Shown here: positions 1-9,280 of the stretch, piece by piece
Layout: each line of letters starts with the position of its first letter
Position numbering within the stretch: position 1 is the first letter of the stretch
Origin: an uncultured Flavobacteriaceae bacterium
GTDB taxonomy: Bacteria; Bacteroidota; Bacteroidia; Flavobacteriales; Flavobacteriaceae
Assembly (NCBI GenBank): GCA_963756115.1
Contig: CAVWMN010000010.1
Location: forward strand, 688,109 to 752,108
Direction: 5' to 3'
DNA: 64,000 nucleotides
Program-made: the position numbers and the translations under genes
Notes under the pieces: model-generated
The model's database searches: none
What the model was told of the DNA's origin: nothing
Seen by the model: only the letters and a program-made list of their open reading frames with translations

Positions 1-189
1 GTTATACTGCGTTCTTCTTAAAGAAAGAATTAGGTTTGCATGACCGCGTTGATACTAAGTTGATCAGTTATTGAGTTATAACCAATGTAATCTCTAATTC
101 CACGTTCAGACCGGACAGCCGGTTTTAAAGGAAATTTCCTGCAAATGCAATTCCATGTTTTGGAGTGCAAAAATCACAAGTAATATCAA

Positions 190-876
190 ATGAGAAAAGA
201 ACAGCATCATAAGGGATGGAACGAAATCAAGACCAACGATTCCTGGGCTATCTTTAAAATAATGGGGGAATTTGTCTATGGATTTGAAAAAATGAGTGCC
301 ATAGGACCGTGTATTTCCATTTTTGGTTCGGCCCGTACCAAAGCCGACGCGAAATATTATAACATGGCGGTCAGTATTGCAAAAAAAGTTTCGGAGGCAG
401 GATATGGTATCATTACAGGGGGTGGCCCCGGTATTATGGAAGCCGGGAACAAAGGAGCACACTTATCCGGCGGAACCTCGGTTGGACTCAACATCGACCT
501 CCCTTTTGAGCAACATGACAATCCATTTATCGATGCGGATAAGAGTCTTGATTTTGATTACTTCTTTGTACGGAAAGTGATGTTCGTAAAATATTCCCAG
601 GCTTTTGTTGTGATGCCAGGCGGCTTTGGTACCCTCGATGAACTTTTTGAGGCCCTTACGCTCATCCAAACCAATAAAATTGGTAAATTTCCCATAATCC
701 TGGTAGGTTCTGAATTTTGGTCAGGCCTGATGGAATGGATCAAAACCACCATGATCAAGGCCGGAAATGTGAGTCCAACCGATCTGGACCTCATTAAGAT
801 CGTAGATGAGGAAGATGAAGTGGTTCAACTAATCGACGCCTATTACAAAGGCCATACCCTGAGTCCAAATTTTTAG
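190..876 (+). CDS. LOG family protein (TIGR00730-type Rossmann fold, cytokinin riboside 5'-monophosphate phosphoribohydrolase-like)
   Basis: 228-aa ORF with the GGGPGIMEA and PGGFGTLDELFE motifs characteristic of the LOG / 'lysine decarboxylase-like' family. Confidence 0.85.
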   Translation: MRKEQHHKGWNEIKTNDSWAIFKIMGEFVYGFEKMSAIGPCISIFGSARTKADAKYYNMAVSIAKKVSEAGYGIITGGGPGIMEAGNKGAHLSGGTSVGLNIDLPFEQHDNPFIDADKSLDFDYFFVRKVMFVKYSQAFVVMPGGFGTLDELFEALTLIQTNKIGKFPIILVGSEFWSGLMEWIKTTMIKAGNVSPTDLDLIKIVDEEDEVVQLIDAYYKGHTLSPNF

Positions 877-884
877 TCCCCCCT

Positions 885-3713
885 ATGGCCCTGGAAAATT
901 CATTTAAATTATTCGCAATTGGCTTCTTCCTCTGGATGGGAAACAGCCAGGCCCAGCATAGAAATACCCTCACGGCTAATTTAGATGATGAAACCCATCA
1001 GATCAGCATTCAACAGGAATTCATCTACCATAACCATTCCGCAGACACCCTCGATATACTGTATTTTAATGATTGGGCCCATGCTTATTCCGACAAAACT
1101 ACTGCGCTGGCCACCAGATTTGCAGAAGAATTCAAAAAGAGCCTCCACCTGGCCCCGAAGGAGGAACGGGGGTACACCGAGGTTATCAGTATGGTCGACA
1201 GTGAATACAGGGGCATATCCTGGCATCGTACACAGGGCAAGGATATTTTAAGGATTATCCTCAATAAACCACTCCCCCCCGGAGCCGAAGCCAAGTTATT
1301 CATGACCTATACGGTTCAGTTACCCCCGGACAAATATACTCCCTATGGCTATAACAACCGGGGTGGGTACTACCTGAAGGACTGGTACCTGACACCAGCG
1401 GTGTATGACAGCGACTGGCAGTTATATTCCAATAAAAACCTGGAAGACCTTTATACGGATATAACCAATACGCAACTCCATTTTATTTTTCCCGATTCAC
1501 TCTATCTGGGTACCAATTTCAACGAAGTCAATATCACTAAATTTCCGGGGAAACAATATGCTTCCCTCAAAGGAGAAGGGCGGAAGAGTGCCGATATCAT
1601 ACTAAATTCGGATAAGAAATTCATTAAACATGTCACGCCCCACCTGATCGTTGTAACGGATATTGAAGATAAAAAATACGATGAGGTCCTCCAGGGTTTG
1701 TCCATAAACAGGATCACCCGTTTTATCGATGATAACCTGGGTGATTTTCCTTACGAGCAATTGCTGGTAAGCGAAATAGACTTTAACAAAAACCCCCTGT
1801 ATGGCATCAATCAGTTACCCTCGTTCATAAGGCCCTATGATGAGCAATTCCAGTTTGAAATGAAATTCCTCAAGACTGCCCTGATCAGTTACCTCAGGGA
1901 AAGCCTATTCCTGGATCCCAGAAAGGAGAAATGGGTTAGTGATGCCCTGGTGAACTATATGATGTTCAAATATGTGGATGAGTTTTACAAAGATCAGAAG
2001 TTACTGGGCAAATTATCAAACCTGTGGGGCTTCCGAAACTACAAGTTGGCCAAAATGGACTTTAATGAGCAATACTCCTTCCTGTATATGCTCACGGCCC
2101 GCAAAAACCTGGACCAGGCTTTATCTACCCCCAATGATTCCCTGATTAAATTCAATCAAAAAATAGCCAACACCTACAAAGCAGGACTTGGGCTAGTATA
2201 CCTGGCAGAATACATAGGGCAGGATAAAATAGACGAGAGCGTTCGGGAATTCTATGACAGGTATAAGCTGAAGACGGTAAAACCTGAAGATTTTAAGGAC
2301 ATTTTGAAAAAGAATTCTAACAAGGACATCAACTGGTTCTTTGATGATTATGTCTCTTCTGATTACCGCATCGATTTTAAGATTAAAAAAATTGTGAAGA
2401 CCCCCGATTCCCTTACCATAACTTTGAAGAACAAAACCGGGACCAATGTACCCATTTCCTTATTTGGTATGAACGCAGATACCGTAGTGTCCAAATATTG
2501 GTTTTCGGATATAGAGAAACAGAAGACCTTTACCATCCCCCGGAATAACGAGGAACGCATGGTATTGAACTATGACCAGAAAATACCGGAATTTAACCAA
2601 CGCGATAACTGGAAGACGCTGAACGGGTTTTTCTCCAGCAACAAAAAATTGAAATTCCAGTTTTTTAAAGATGCAGAAGACCCGTATTACAACCAGATAT
2701 TCTATATGCCTGTTATGGGTTTTAATGTGTACGACGGTCTTTCGCCGGGCCTGAGGCTTACCAATAAAACCCTGCTGGAGCGGCCCTTTGTATTTGACCT
2801 TTCACCTTCCTATGCATTCCTGGAAAGATCCTTTGTAGGCTACGGGCGGTTTAGTTACCGGAGATACCATGGCAAGAGCGGATTGTATCTGACCAATTTT
2901 TCGCTAGGCAGTTCCACGGCGCATTTCCAGGTCAATTCCCGGTACTCCACCGTAACCCCGTCCCTTACCTTCGGGTGGCGGCCGGATAACCTGCTCTCCA
3001 ATGAAAGGCAATCCCTGATGTTCCGGCATGTCAATGTTTTCCGGACCATAGACCCGGCGCTGGGAGACCTGGAGACAGAACCGAATTACAGCGTTTTAAA
3101 TGCACGGTTCAGCAGAAACAACAATGGGATCATTGATTATTTCTATTGGTTTGCTGATGTGCAGTATGCCAGTAATTTCTCCAAATTGGTATTCAACTGG
3201 GAATACCGGAAGTTGTTTGAGAATAACCGGCAATTAAACCTGCGGTTCTTTGCCGGGAAATTTATTACCAACGAGACCAATTCGGACTTTTTCAGTTTTG
3301 CGCTCGACAGGCCTACGGATTACCTTTTTGATTACAGTTACCTGGGCCGGTCCGAGGATTCGGGAATCGTCAGCCAGCAAATTGTTATCGCGGAAGGCGG
3401 TTTTAAGTCCAAACTGGCGAATCCCTTTGCCAATGATTGGATGGCAACTGCCAATGCCAGTATCAACATTTGGCGCTGGATTGAATTGTATGGCGATGCG
3501 GGAATGACCAAAAACAAGGAGCAGAATGCCCGGTTTGTTTATGATTCCGGAATCCGGTTGAACCTGGTGACTGATTACTTCGAATTATATTTTCCGCTGT
3601 ATTCCAGCAATGGATGGGAATTAGGGCAGCCCAACTACGACCAGAAAATCCGGTTTATCGTTACCTTAAGCCCCCGCACCCTGACAGGATTATTTACACG
3701 AAAGTGGTTCTAA
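885..3713 (+). CDS. M1-aminopeptidase-like protein lacking the zinc-binding motif, with a C-terminal putative outer-membrane beta-barrel region
   Basis: 942-aa ORF with an N-terminal signal-like segment (FAIGFFLWMGNSQAQ). The central region parallels the active M1 peptidase at 26881-28968 (YKAGLGLVYLAEYIG...FYDRY versus YEKGAWAVYILQETVG...AYLTKY). KTALI replaces HEMAH and WVSD replaces WLQE, and no HE dipeptide occurs anywhere in the protein. The last ~350 aa are rich in alternating aromatic/polar strands and end in ...RKWF. Confidence 0.6.
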   Translation: MALENSFKLFAIGFFLWMGNSQAQHRNTLTANLDDETHQISIQQEFIYHNHSADTLDILYFNDWAHAYSDKTTALATRFAEEFKKSLHLAPKEERGYTEVISMVDSEYRGISWHRTQGKDILRIILNKPLPPGAEAKLFMTYTVQLPPDKYTPYGYNNRGGYYLKDWYLTPAVYDSDWQLYSNKNLEDLYTDITNTQLHFIFPDSLYLGTNFNEVNITKFPGKQYASLKGEGRKSADIILNSDKKFIKHVTPHLIVVTDIEDKKYDEVLQGLSINRITRFIDDNLGDFPYEQLLVSEIDFNKNPLYGINQLPSFIRPYDEQFQFEMKFLKTALISYLRESLFLDPRKEKWVSDALVNYMMFKYVDEFYKDQKLLGKLSNLWGFRNYKLAKMDFNEQYSFLYMLTARKNLDQALSTPNDSLIKFNQKIANTYKAGLGLVYLAEYIGQDKIDESVREFYDRYKLKTVKPEDFKDILKKNSNKDINWFFDDYVSSDYRIDFKIKKIVKTPDSLTITLKNKTGTNVPISLFGMNADTVVSKYWFSDIEKQKTFTIPRNNEERMVLNYDQKIPEFNQRDNWKTLNGFFSSNKKLKFQFFKDAEDPYYNQIFYMPVMGFNVYDGLSPGLRLTNKTLLERPFVFDLSPSYAFLERSFVGYGRFSYRRYHGKSGLYLTNFSLGSSTAHFQVNSRYSTVTPSLTFGWRPDNLLSNERQSLMFRHVNVFRTIDPALGDLETEPNYSVLNARFSRNNNGIIDYFYWFADVQYASNFSKLVFNWEYRKLFENNRQLNLRFFAGKFITNETNSDFFSFALDRPTDYLFDYSYLGRSEDSGIVSQQIVIAEGGFKSKLANPFANDWMATANASINIWRWIELYGDAGMTKNKEQNARFVYDSGIRLNLVTDYFELYFPLYSSNGWELGQPNYDQKIRFIVTLSPRTLTGLFTRKWF

Positions 3714-3845
3714 TCATTGCATTATATGCAAAAAATGGTTCAATTCTTATTCGATTTATGACAATTTGATTTTTTATATGAATTTTTTTTAGAAATAATT
3801 AATCCAATATATCCCCCTGATAATTTTAAAATCAAACTATTTTGA

Positions 3846-3853
3846 TATTTTTG
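3846..3853 (+). promoter_or_regulatory. Bacteroidetes-type -7 promoter box (TATTTTTG, matches TAnnTTTG)
   Basis: Exact match to TAnnTTTG, 22 nt upstream of the ATG at 3875, inside a 160-nt AT-rich intergenic region. Confidence 0.35.
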
Positions 3854-3874
3854 TAGTAAATACTTCTCTGCCCA

Positions 3875-6286
3875 ATGAAAGTAAAATTACAGTCTAGCGA
3901 CGATATTTCATTCGATGATTTCAGGGCACAAATACTCGGCGATTATGAAATTGCGGTCACCAGCCGGGAATGTAGCATCCTGGGCCGCCGGGAAGTACTT
4001 ACGGGTAAAGCGAAGTTCGGAATATTTGGTGATGGAAAGGAACTACCACAACTGGCAATGGCCAGATCATTTCAGGATGGGGATTTCCGAAGCGGTTATT
4101 ACCGGGACCAGACCTTTATGATGGCACTGGGCTTCCTGGACCCCAAGGATTTTTTTCACGGACTGTACGCCACAACCGACCTTGAAAAGGAACCCATGAG
4201 TGCCGGAAGGCAGATGGGCGGTCATTTTGGCACCCACAGTTTACACGAAGATGGCTCCTGGAAGGACCTTACTGCCCAGAAGAACAGCAGCCCTGACATT
4301 TCCCCCACTGCCGGTCAAATGCCCAGGTTACTGGGCCTGGCACAGGCCTCTAAGATATATCGCCATGTTGACGGGATAGATGCCCGGAAATTTTCCAAAA
4401 ACGGGAACGAGGTTGCCTGGGGTACCATTGGCAATGCCAGTACAAGCGAAGGGCATTTCTTTGAAACTTTCAATGCCGCGGGGGTTCTGCAGGTACCTAT
4501 GGTCATCAGTGTGTGGGATGATCAGTTTGGTATTTCGGTACCGGCCAGATTCCAAACCACCAAAGAAGATATTTCCGAGGTCCTGAAAGGATTCCAAAGG
4601 GATGAGCACCACGCAGGCTATGAAATTTTAAAAGTCAAAGGATGGGATTATACTGCGCTGATACATACTTATGAAAATGCGTCAGACATTGCACGGGAAG
4701 GGCATATACCCGTATTGATCCATGTAACCGAACTAACCCAACCCCAGGGGCACTCCACTTCGGGCTCACATGAACGATACAAGACAGAGGAACGCCTGGA
4801 ATGGGAAAAGGAAAATGACTGCAACAAACGCTTCAGGGAATGGATCATTGAAAACCAGATAGCCACATCAGATGAATTATCGATCCTTGAAAAAGCTGTA
4901 AAGAAAGAAGTCAGGACAGCCAAAAAAGAAGCCTGGGAGGAATTTTTAAAACCGCATAAAATCGCCAAGAAATCCCTGATCGCGATATTGGATACAGTCA
5001 TAGACAGCAGCAGCAACCGCACCTTCCTTTCCCGTATCAAAAATGACCTCATTGCCATTGAGGAGCCGCTTAAAAAAGACCTGTTATCCAAAGCCCGGAA
5101 AGCGTTGCGGTATCTGCTGGGCGAAGAAAGCCCGGAAAAGGAATCCCTTCGGGAATGGATTGCAGCATTTTATCGCGAGAATAAATCCAAGTTCAGTTCC
5201 CATCTTTACAGTGAGTTGCCCACCAGGGCTACAGGAATAGGGGAAGTTAAACCATCCTATGACCAGGATGCGCCAAGAGTGGACGGGAGGGTTATCCTCC
5301 GGGATAATTTTGATGAGCTTCTCAAAACCTATCCGGAATTGTTGATTTTCGGGGAAGACAGCGGGGCTATAGGAGATGTTAACCAGGGTCTTGAAGGCCT
5401 CCAGAAGAAGTATGGCGAGCTGCGTATTTCGGATACCGGTATCCGTGAAACAACTATTATCGGCCAGGGAATAGGACTGGCGCTGCGCGGGTTGCGGCCC
5501 ATAGCTGAAATACAGTACCTTGATTACCTGCTATACTGCCTGCAGACGCTTAGCGATGACCTGGCTACCTTATTGTATAGATCCGTAGGGAAACAAAAAG
5601 CACCCTTAATTGTAAGGACCAGGGGCCACCGGCTGGAAGGGATATGGCATTCAGGGTCACAGATGGGCGCAGTGGTCCATTTACTGCGGGGCATGTATAT
5701 TTTAGTACCCCGGAATATGACTAAGGCTGCAGGGTTTTACAACACCTTATTAAAAAGTGATGAGCCTGCACTCGTGATCGAAAGCCTGAATGGGTATCGC
5801 CTGAAAGAACCAAAACCTTCCAATCTGGGTAAACTGTGCACCCCCATCGGCGTCGTGGAGATCGTCAAAACCGGAACGGATATCACCGTGGTCTCGTACG
5901 GATCCACGCTGCGGATCGTGGAAGAGGTGGCACAGGAATTACTGGCATTCGGGATAGACGCAGAAGTAATTGATGCCCAGAGCCTCCTGCCTTTTGACCT
6001 GGCAGAGGATGTTGTTAAAAGCATTCGGAAAACAAACAGGCTCCTGGTTGTTGATGAGGATGTTCCCGGGGGTTGTGCCGCATACCTGATGCAGCAAATC
6101 GTGGAGAAACAAGGCGCCTATAAATATCTGGACAGTGCCCCGCAAACCCTTACTGCCAGTGCTCACAGGCCAGCCTATGCTACGGACGGGGATTATTTTT
6201 CAAAACCGAATGCGGAAGATATCTTCGAAAAAATCTACGGAATCATCCACGAAGCGGATCCACAGGATTTTCCCAGGCTTAGTTAA
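3875..6286 (+). CDS. Fused alpha/beta E1 component of a thiamine-diphosphate-dependent 2-oxoacid dehydrogenase
   Basis: 803-aa ORF. The N-terminal half resembles E1-alpha and the C-terminal half resembles E1-beta (ISDTGIRETTIIGQGIGLA, transketolase-like pyrimidine-binding and C-terminal domains). The two halves are joined by a charged helical linker. This fusion is common in Bacteroidota. Confidence 0.8.
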   Translation: MKVKLQSSDDISFDDFRAQILGDYEIAVTSRECSILGRREVLTGKAKFGIFGDGKELPQLAMARSFQDGDFRSGYYRDQTFMMALGFLDPKDFFHGLYATTDLEKEPMSAGRQMGGHFGTHSLHEDGSWKDLTAQKNSSPDISPTAGQMPRLLGLAQASKIYRHVDGIDARKFSKNGNEVAWGTIGNASTSEGHFFETFNAAGVLQVPMVISVWDDQFGISVPARFQTTKEDISEVLKGFQRDEHHAGYEILKVKGWDYTALIHTYENASDIAREGHIPVLIHVTELTQPQGHSTSGSHERYKTEERLEWEKENDCNKRFREWIIENQIATSDELSILEKAVKKEVRTAKKEAWEEFLKPHKIAKKSLIAILDTVIDSSSNRTFLSRIKNDLIAIEEPLKKDLLSKARKALRYLLGEESPEKESLREWIAAFYRENKSKFSSHLYSELPTRATGIGEVKPSYDQDAPRVDGRVILRDNFDELLKTYPELLIFGEDSGAIGDVNQGLEGLQKKYGELRISDTGIRETTIIGQGIGLALRGLRPIAEIQYLDYLLYCLQTLSDDLATLLYRSVGKQKAPLIVRTRGHRLEGIWHSGSQMGAVVHLLRGMYILVPRNMTKAAGFYNTLLKSDEPALVIESLNGYRLKEPKPSNLGKLCTPIGVVEIVKTGTDITVVSYGSTLRIVEEVAQELLAFGIDAEVIDAQSLLPFDLAEDVVKSIRKTNRLLVVDEDVPGGCAAYLMQQIVEKQGAYKYLDSAPQTLTASAHRPAYATDGDYFSKPNAEDIFEKIYGIIHEADPQDFPRLS

Positions 6287-6336
6287 ATCACTGCCGAAGA
6301 AAAATCAAGTCCAGCCTATTAGGGCAGGACAATTGT

Positions 6337-9123
6337 TCACTGTTTAATTTTCATTTCGGTAGCCGGTGATTTTACAGCAGGGATCTTGGGATTACCATCC
6401 GCATCTATTTCAATGATGGCGTCAAATCCCAAGCCGTCCAGCTTTTCCGCTATTTTAGACCTGTCGCCCACCATGAACCAGTTGACCGCTTCCGGCTTTA
6501 CGACCGTTTTGCTTACTTCCTGCAAATCGTTGAGATTAAGGTTCCGTACTGCTGCATCGTATTTTTGATAATAATCATCCGGTAAGTTATATTTTACGAT
6601 ATTTTCCACAGAGTTACTGACTGCATTGTTGGTTTCCCACTGTCCCGGCAGGCTGAGTACCTGGTTGGTTTTCACCTTGTCCAATTCGGCCTGGGTGGCA
6701 GGCCTGGATCCTACAAATTCGTTTATTTCCTTCCTGAGTTCGGTAATGGATTCCGCAGATTTATCGGTTTGCACAGGTGCATACATCAAAAAAACGCGTT
6801 CCTGCTGTGCTCCCATGACAAATCCGGATGCCCCATACGCCCAATGCTTATCCTCCCGGAGGTTCATGTTTATGCGGGATGTAAAGTCGCCCCCAAGTAT
6901 ACTTACCATTTGTTCAAGTGCAATTTGCGATACCTCCCCGTATTTATTGGTGAGATGTCCTGCAATGATAACAGATTGCTGGGATTCCGGACGGTCCATT
7001 AAATATAAGGTATTACGGGAATTGACAGCTGGTTTATTGAAGGCTATGGTGGGTACATCCCCTTTCTTCCATTTCCCCAGTGCCTGTTCCAATTTTGATT
7101 TTAACTCCCCCATTTCAATATCCCCGGTAACAATGAGGGTGGCATTATTGGGTTTTAACCAGGTATCATAAAAATTCGAGATGTCCTTAACGGTAAGTTG
7201 CCCAACAGTTTGCTCATATCCGGTGCCGGTATACGGGTTGCTATAGGGGTGGCCTTCCCCGTAAAGGTATTTGTTCATTACCCGTAAAGCCATGGAAACC
7301 GGCTGGGATTTTTCCTTTTTAATGGTATTGATCTGTTCGGTCTTCAGCCGTTCAAATTCTTTGGCCGGAAAGGCCGGATTTAGGATGATATCAGCAAACA
7401 TGTCAACGCTCGCACTAAAGCTTGGTTTCAGGGTATTCATGTACACATTGGAAAAATCCTGGTCTGAAAAAGTAGCCAAACTGGCTCCCAACAACTGGAG
7501 TTTTTCGCTGATCTCCAGGGAATTCATGGTTTTTGTACCTTCATCCAAAAGGTTCATGGCCAGGGCAGCCGTCCCGGGGACGGCCAGGAAATCCGTTTTA
7601 TACCCCGCATTGAAAAGCATATTCATGATTATTGTTGGGACACCTTCCCTCCTGGCCAATACCACGTTTAGCCCATTGGACAGTTTGGTACGCTCCAGGG
7701 CAGGGAATCTGGAACTTTTCGGGGTGCCCACTTCAGGGATTTTTGACCTGTCTACAGTGGATTCCACAACCGTATAATCAGGGAACGGGTTGCATATTAT
7801 GGTATGTTTGCTTTTGGTCAGCCATTTTTGAGCTGTATTTTTAAGGTCTGCCACCGTGGCTTCCTCCACAAATTGAAGTACGGTTCTGTAATACTCCGGG
7901 TTGCCAAAATAGGTTTCATTGGATGCCAGGATATCCGACACGCCCCCAAATCCCCCGATGCGTTCCATACCCTTGATAAAACTGGCAAAATAGGAGGCTT
8001 TGGCCCTTTTTAATTCTGCTTCTGTAGGCCCTTCATCAATTAGGTTTTCGATTTCGGACCAAAGCTTGGACTGCACTTCGTCTGAATCGCCCCCGGGCTT
8101 CACATTAGCCCATACAAAGAATTCACTCGCTATTTCATTGGAATTCTGGAACGCCACCACTGAACTGGCGATCTGGTCTTCATAAACCAGCTTTTTATAG
8201 AGTCGGGCATTTTTACCATTTGTAAGGACAGACCCGATCAGATCGAGGTAAACATCCTCCCTATCACCCAGTTGTGGCGTATTCCATGTATATAAAATCC
8301 TGGTTTCAGGCACACGGTCCTCATAGACCTGGTAGGTATCCCCATCGTGTTCCGGGATATTTACTTCCTGCCTTTCAATGGTTGGGCCAGCCGGGATGTC
8401 CCCAAAGTATTTCAACACTTTCTGATATACTTCCTGCGCATTGATATCCCCGGCAACGGCAATTACGGCGTTGGCGGCCCCGTAATATCCTTTAAACCAT
8501 TCCTGCACATCCTCGAGCGATGCTGCATTGAGGTCTTCCATCTCCCCGATCACCGTCCAGGAATACGGATGGCCTTTCGGATACATGGCTTTGGTTACCA
8601 GGTCCCATTGTTTACCATAGGGCTGGTTTTCCCCCTGTCTTTTCTCATTTTGTACCACCCCGCGCTGTTCGTCGAGTTTGGCCTGGTCAATGGCACCCAG
8701 CAAATGACCCATCCTGTCAGATTCCAGGAACAACACCTGGTCCAGCGCAGCGACCGGGACATTCTGGAAATAATTGGTGCGGTCATTGTTGGTAGTCCCG
8801 TTAAGGTCTGTACCACCAATACGCTCCAGTGCCTGAAAATAGTCATCGTTGAAGTTCTCACTCCCGTTGAACATCAGGTGTTCAAATAAATGGGCGAAAC
8901 CGCTTTTGCCCGGTTTTTCATTTTTAGACCCAACGTGGTACCATACATTGACCGCTGCAATCGGTGCCTTATGGTCTTCATGGACCAATAAATTCAGCCC
9001 GTTAGGCAGTTGAAATTGTTCATAGGGTATCCTGATGTCGGCAGATTTGAATTCAAAATCCTGTGCCTGTAAAAACTGATAAGCGATACATAAAAGAATG
9101 GAAAGGACAACTGATGTTTTCAT
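6337..9123 (-). CDS. M16 family (insulinase/pitrilysin-like) zinc peptidase, double-module secreted form
   Basis: Carries the inverted zinc motif HLFEHLMFNGS (HxxEH). The preferred start is MKTSVVLSILLCIAY (ATG at 9123), which gives a signal peptide; the ORF track extends to 9192. The ~930-aa length fits two M16 active/inactive domain pairs. Confidence 0.9.
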   Translation of the reverse strand: MKTSVVLSILLCIAYQFLQAQDFEFKSADIRIPYEQFQLPNGLNLLVHEDHKAPIAAVNVWYHVGSKNEKPGKSGFAHLFEHLMFNGSENFNDDYFQALERIGGTDLNGTTNNDRTNYFQNVPVAALDQVLFLESDRMGHLLGAIDQAKLDEQRGVVQNEKRQGENQPYGKQWDLVTKAMYPKGHPYSWTVIGEMEDLNAASLEDVQEWFKGYYGAANAVIAVAGDINAQEVYQKVLKYFGDIPAGPTIERQEVNIPEHDGDTYQVYEDRVPETRILYTWNTPQLGDREDVYLDLIGSVLTNGKNARLYKKLVYEDQIASSVVAFQNSNEIASEFFVWANVKPGGDSDEVQSKLWSEIENLIDEGPTEAELKRAKASYFASFIKGMERIGGFGGVSDILASNETYFGNPEYYRTVLQFVEEATVADLKNTAQKWLTKSKHTIICNPFPDYTVVESTVDRSKIPEVGTPKSSRFPALERTKLSNGLNVVLARREGVPTIIMNMLFNAGYKTDFLAVPGTAALAMNLLDEGTKTMNSLEISEKLQLLGASLATFSDQDFSNVYMNTLKPSFSASVDMFADIILNPAFPAKEFERLKTEQINTIKKEKSQPVSMALRVMNKYLYGEGHPYSNPYTGTGYEQTVGQLTVKDISNFYDTWLKPNNATLIVTGDIEMGELKSKLEQALGKWKKGDVPTIAFNKPAVNSRNTLYLMDRPESQQSVIIAGHLTNKYGEVSQIALEQMVSILGGDFTSRINMNLREDKHWAYGASGFVMGAQQERVFLMYAPVQTDKSAESITELRKEINEFVGSRPATQAELDKVKTNQVLSLPGQWETNNAVSNSVENIVKYNLPDDYYQKYDAAVRNLNLNDLQEVSKTVVKPEAVNWFMVGDRSKIAEKLDGLGFDAIIEIDADGNPKIPAVKSPATEMKIKQ

Positions 9124-9280
9124 GGTGGATTGTTTTAATTGTAGCATACACACTGAATACGTAAATTTAATGTTTATGTCCCTTAATGGCAATATTTTAA
9201 GTTCCTGCCATTTTCGGTGTTCATCCTTTAGGAATCAACAGAATTGAAGTATGTTTATCCCCTGTATAATTTGGTAGTGT

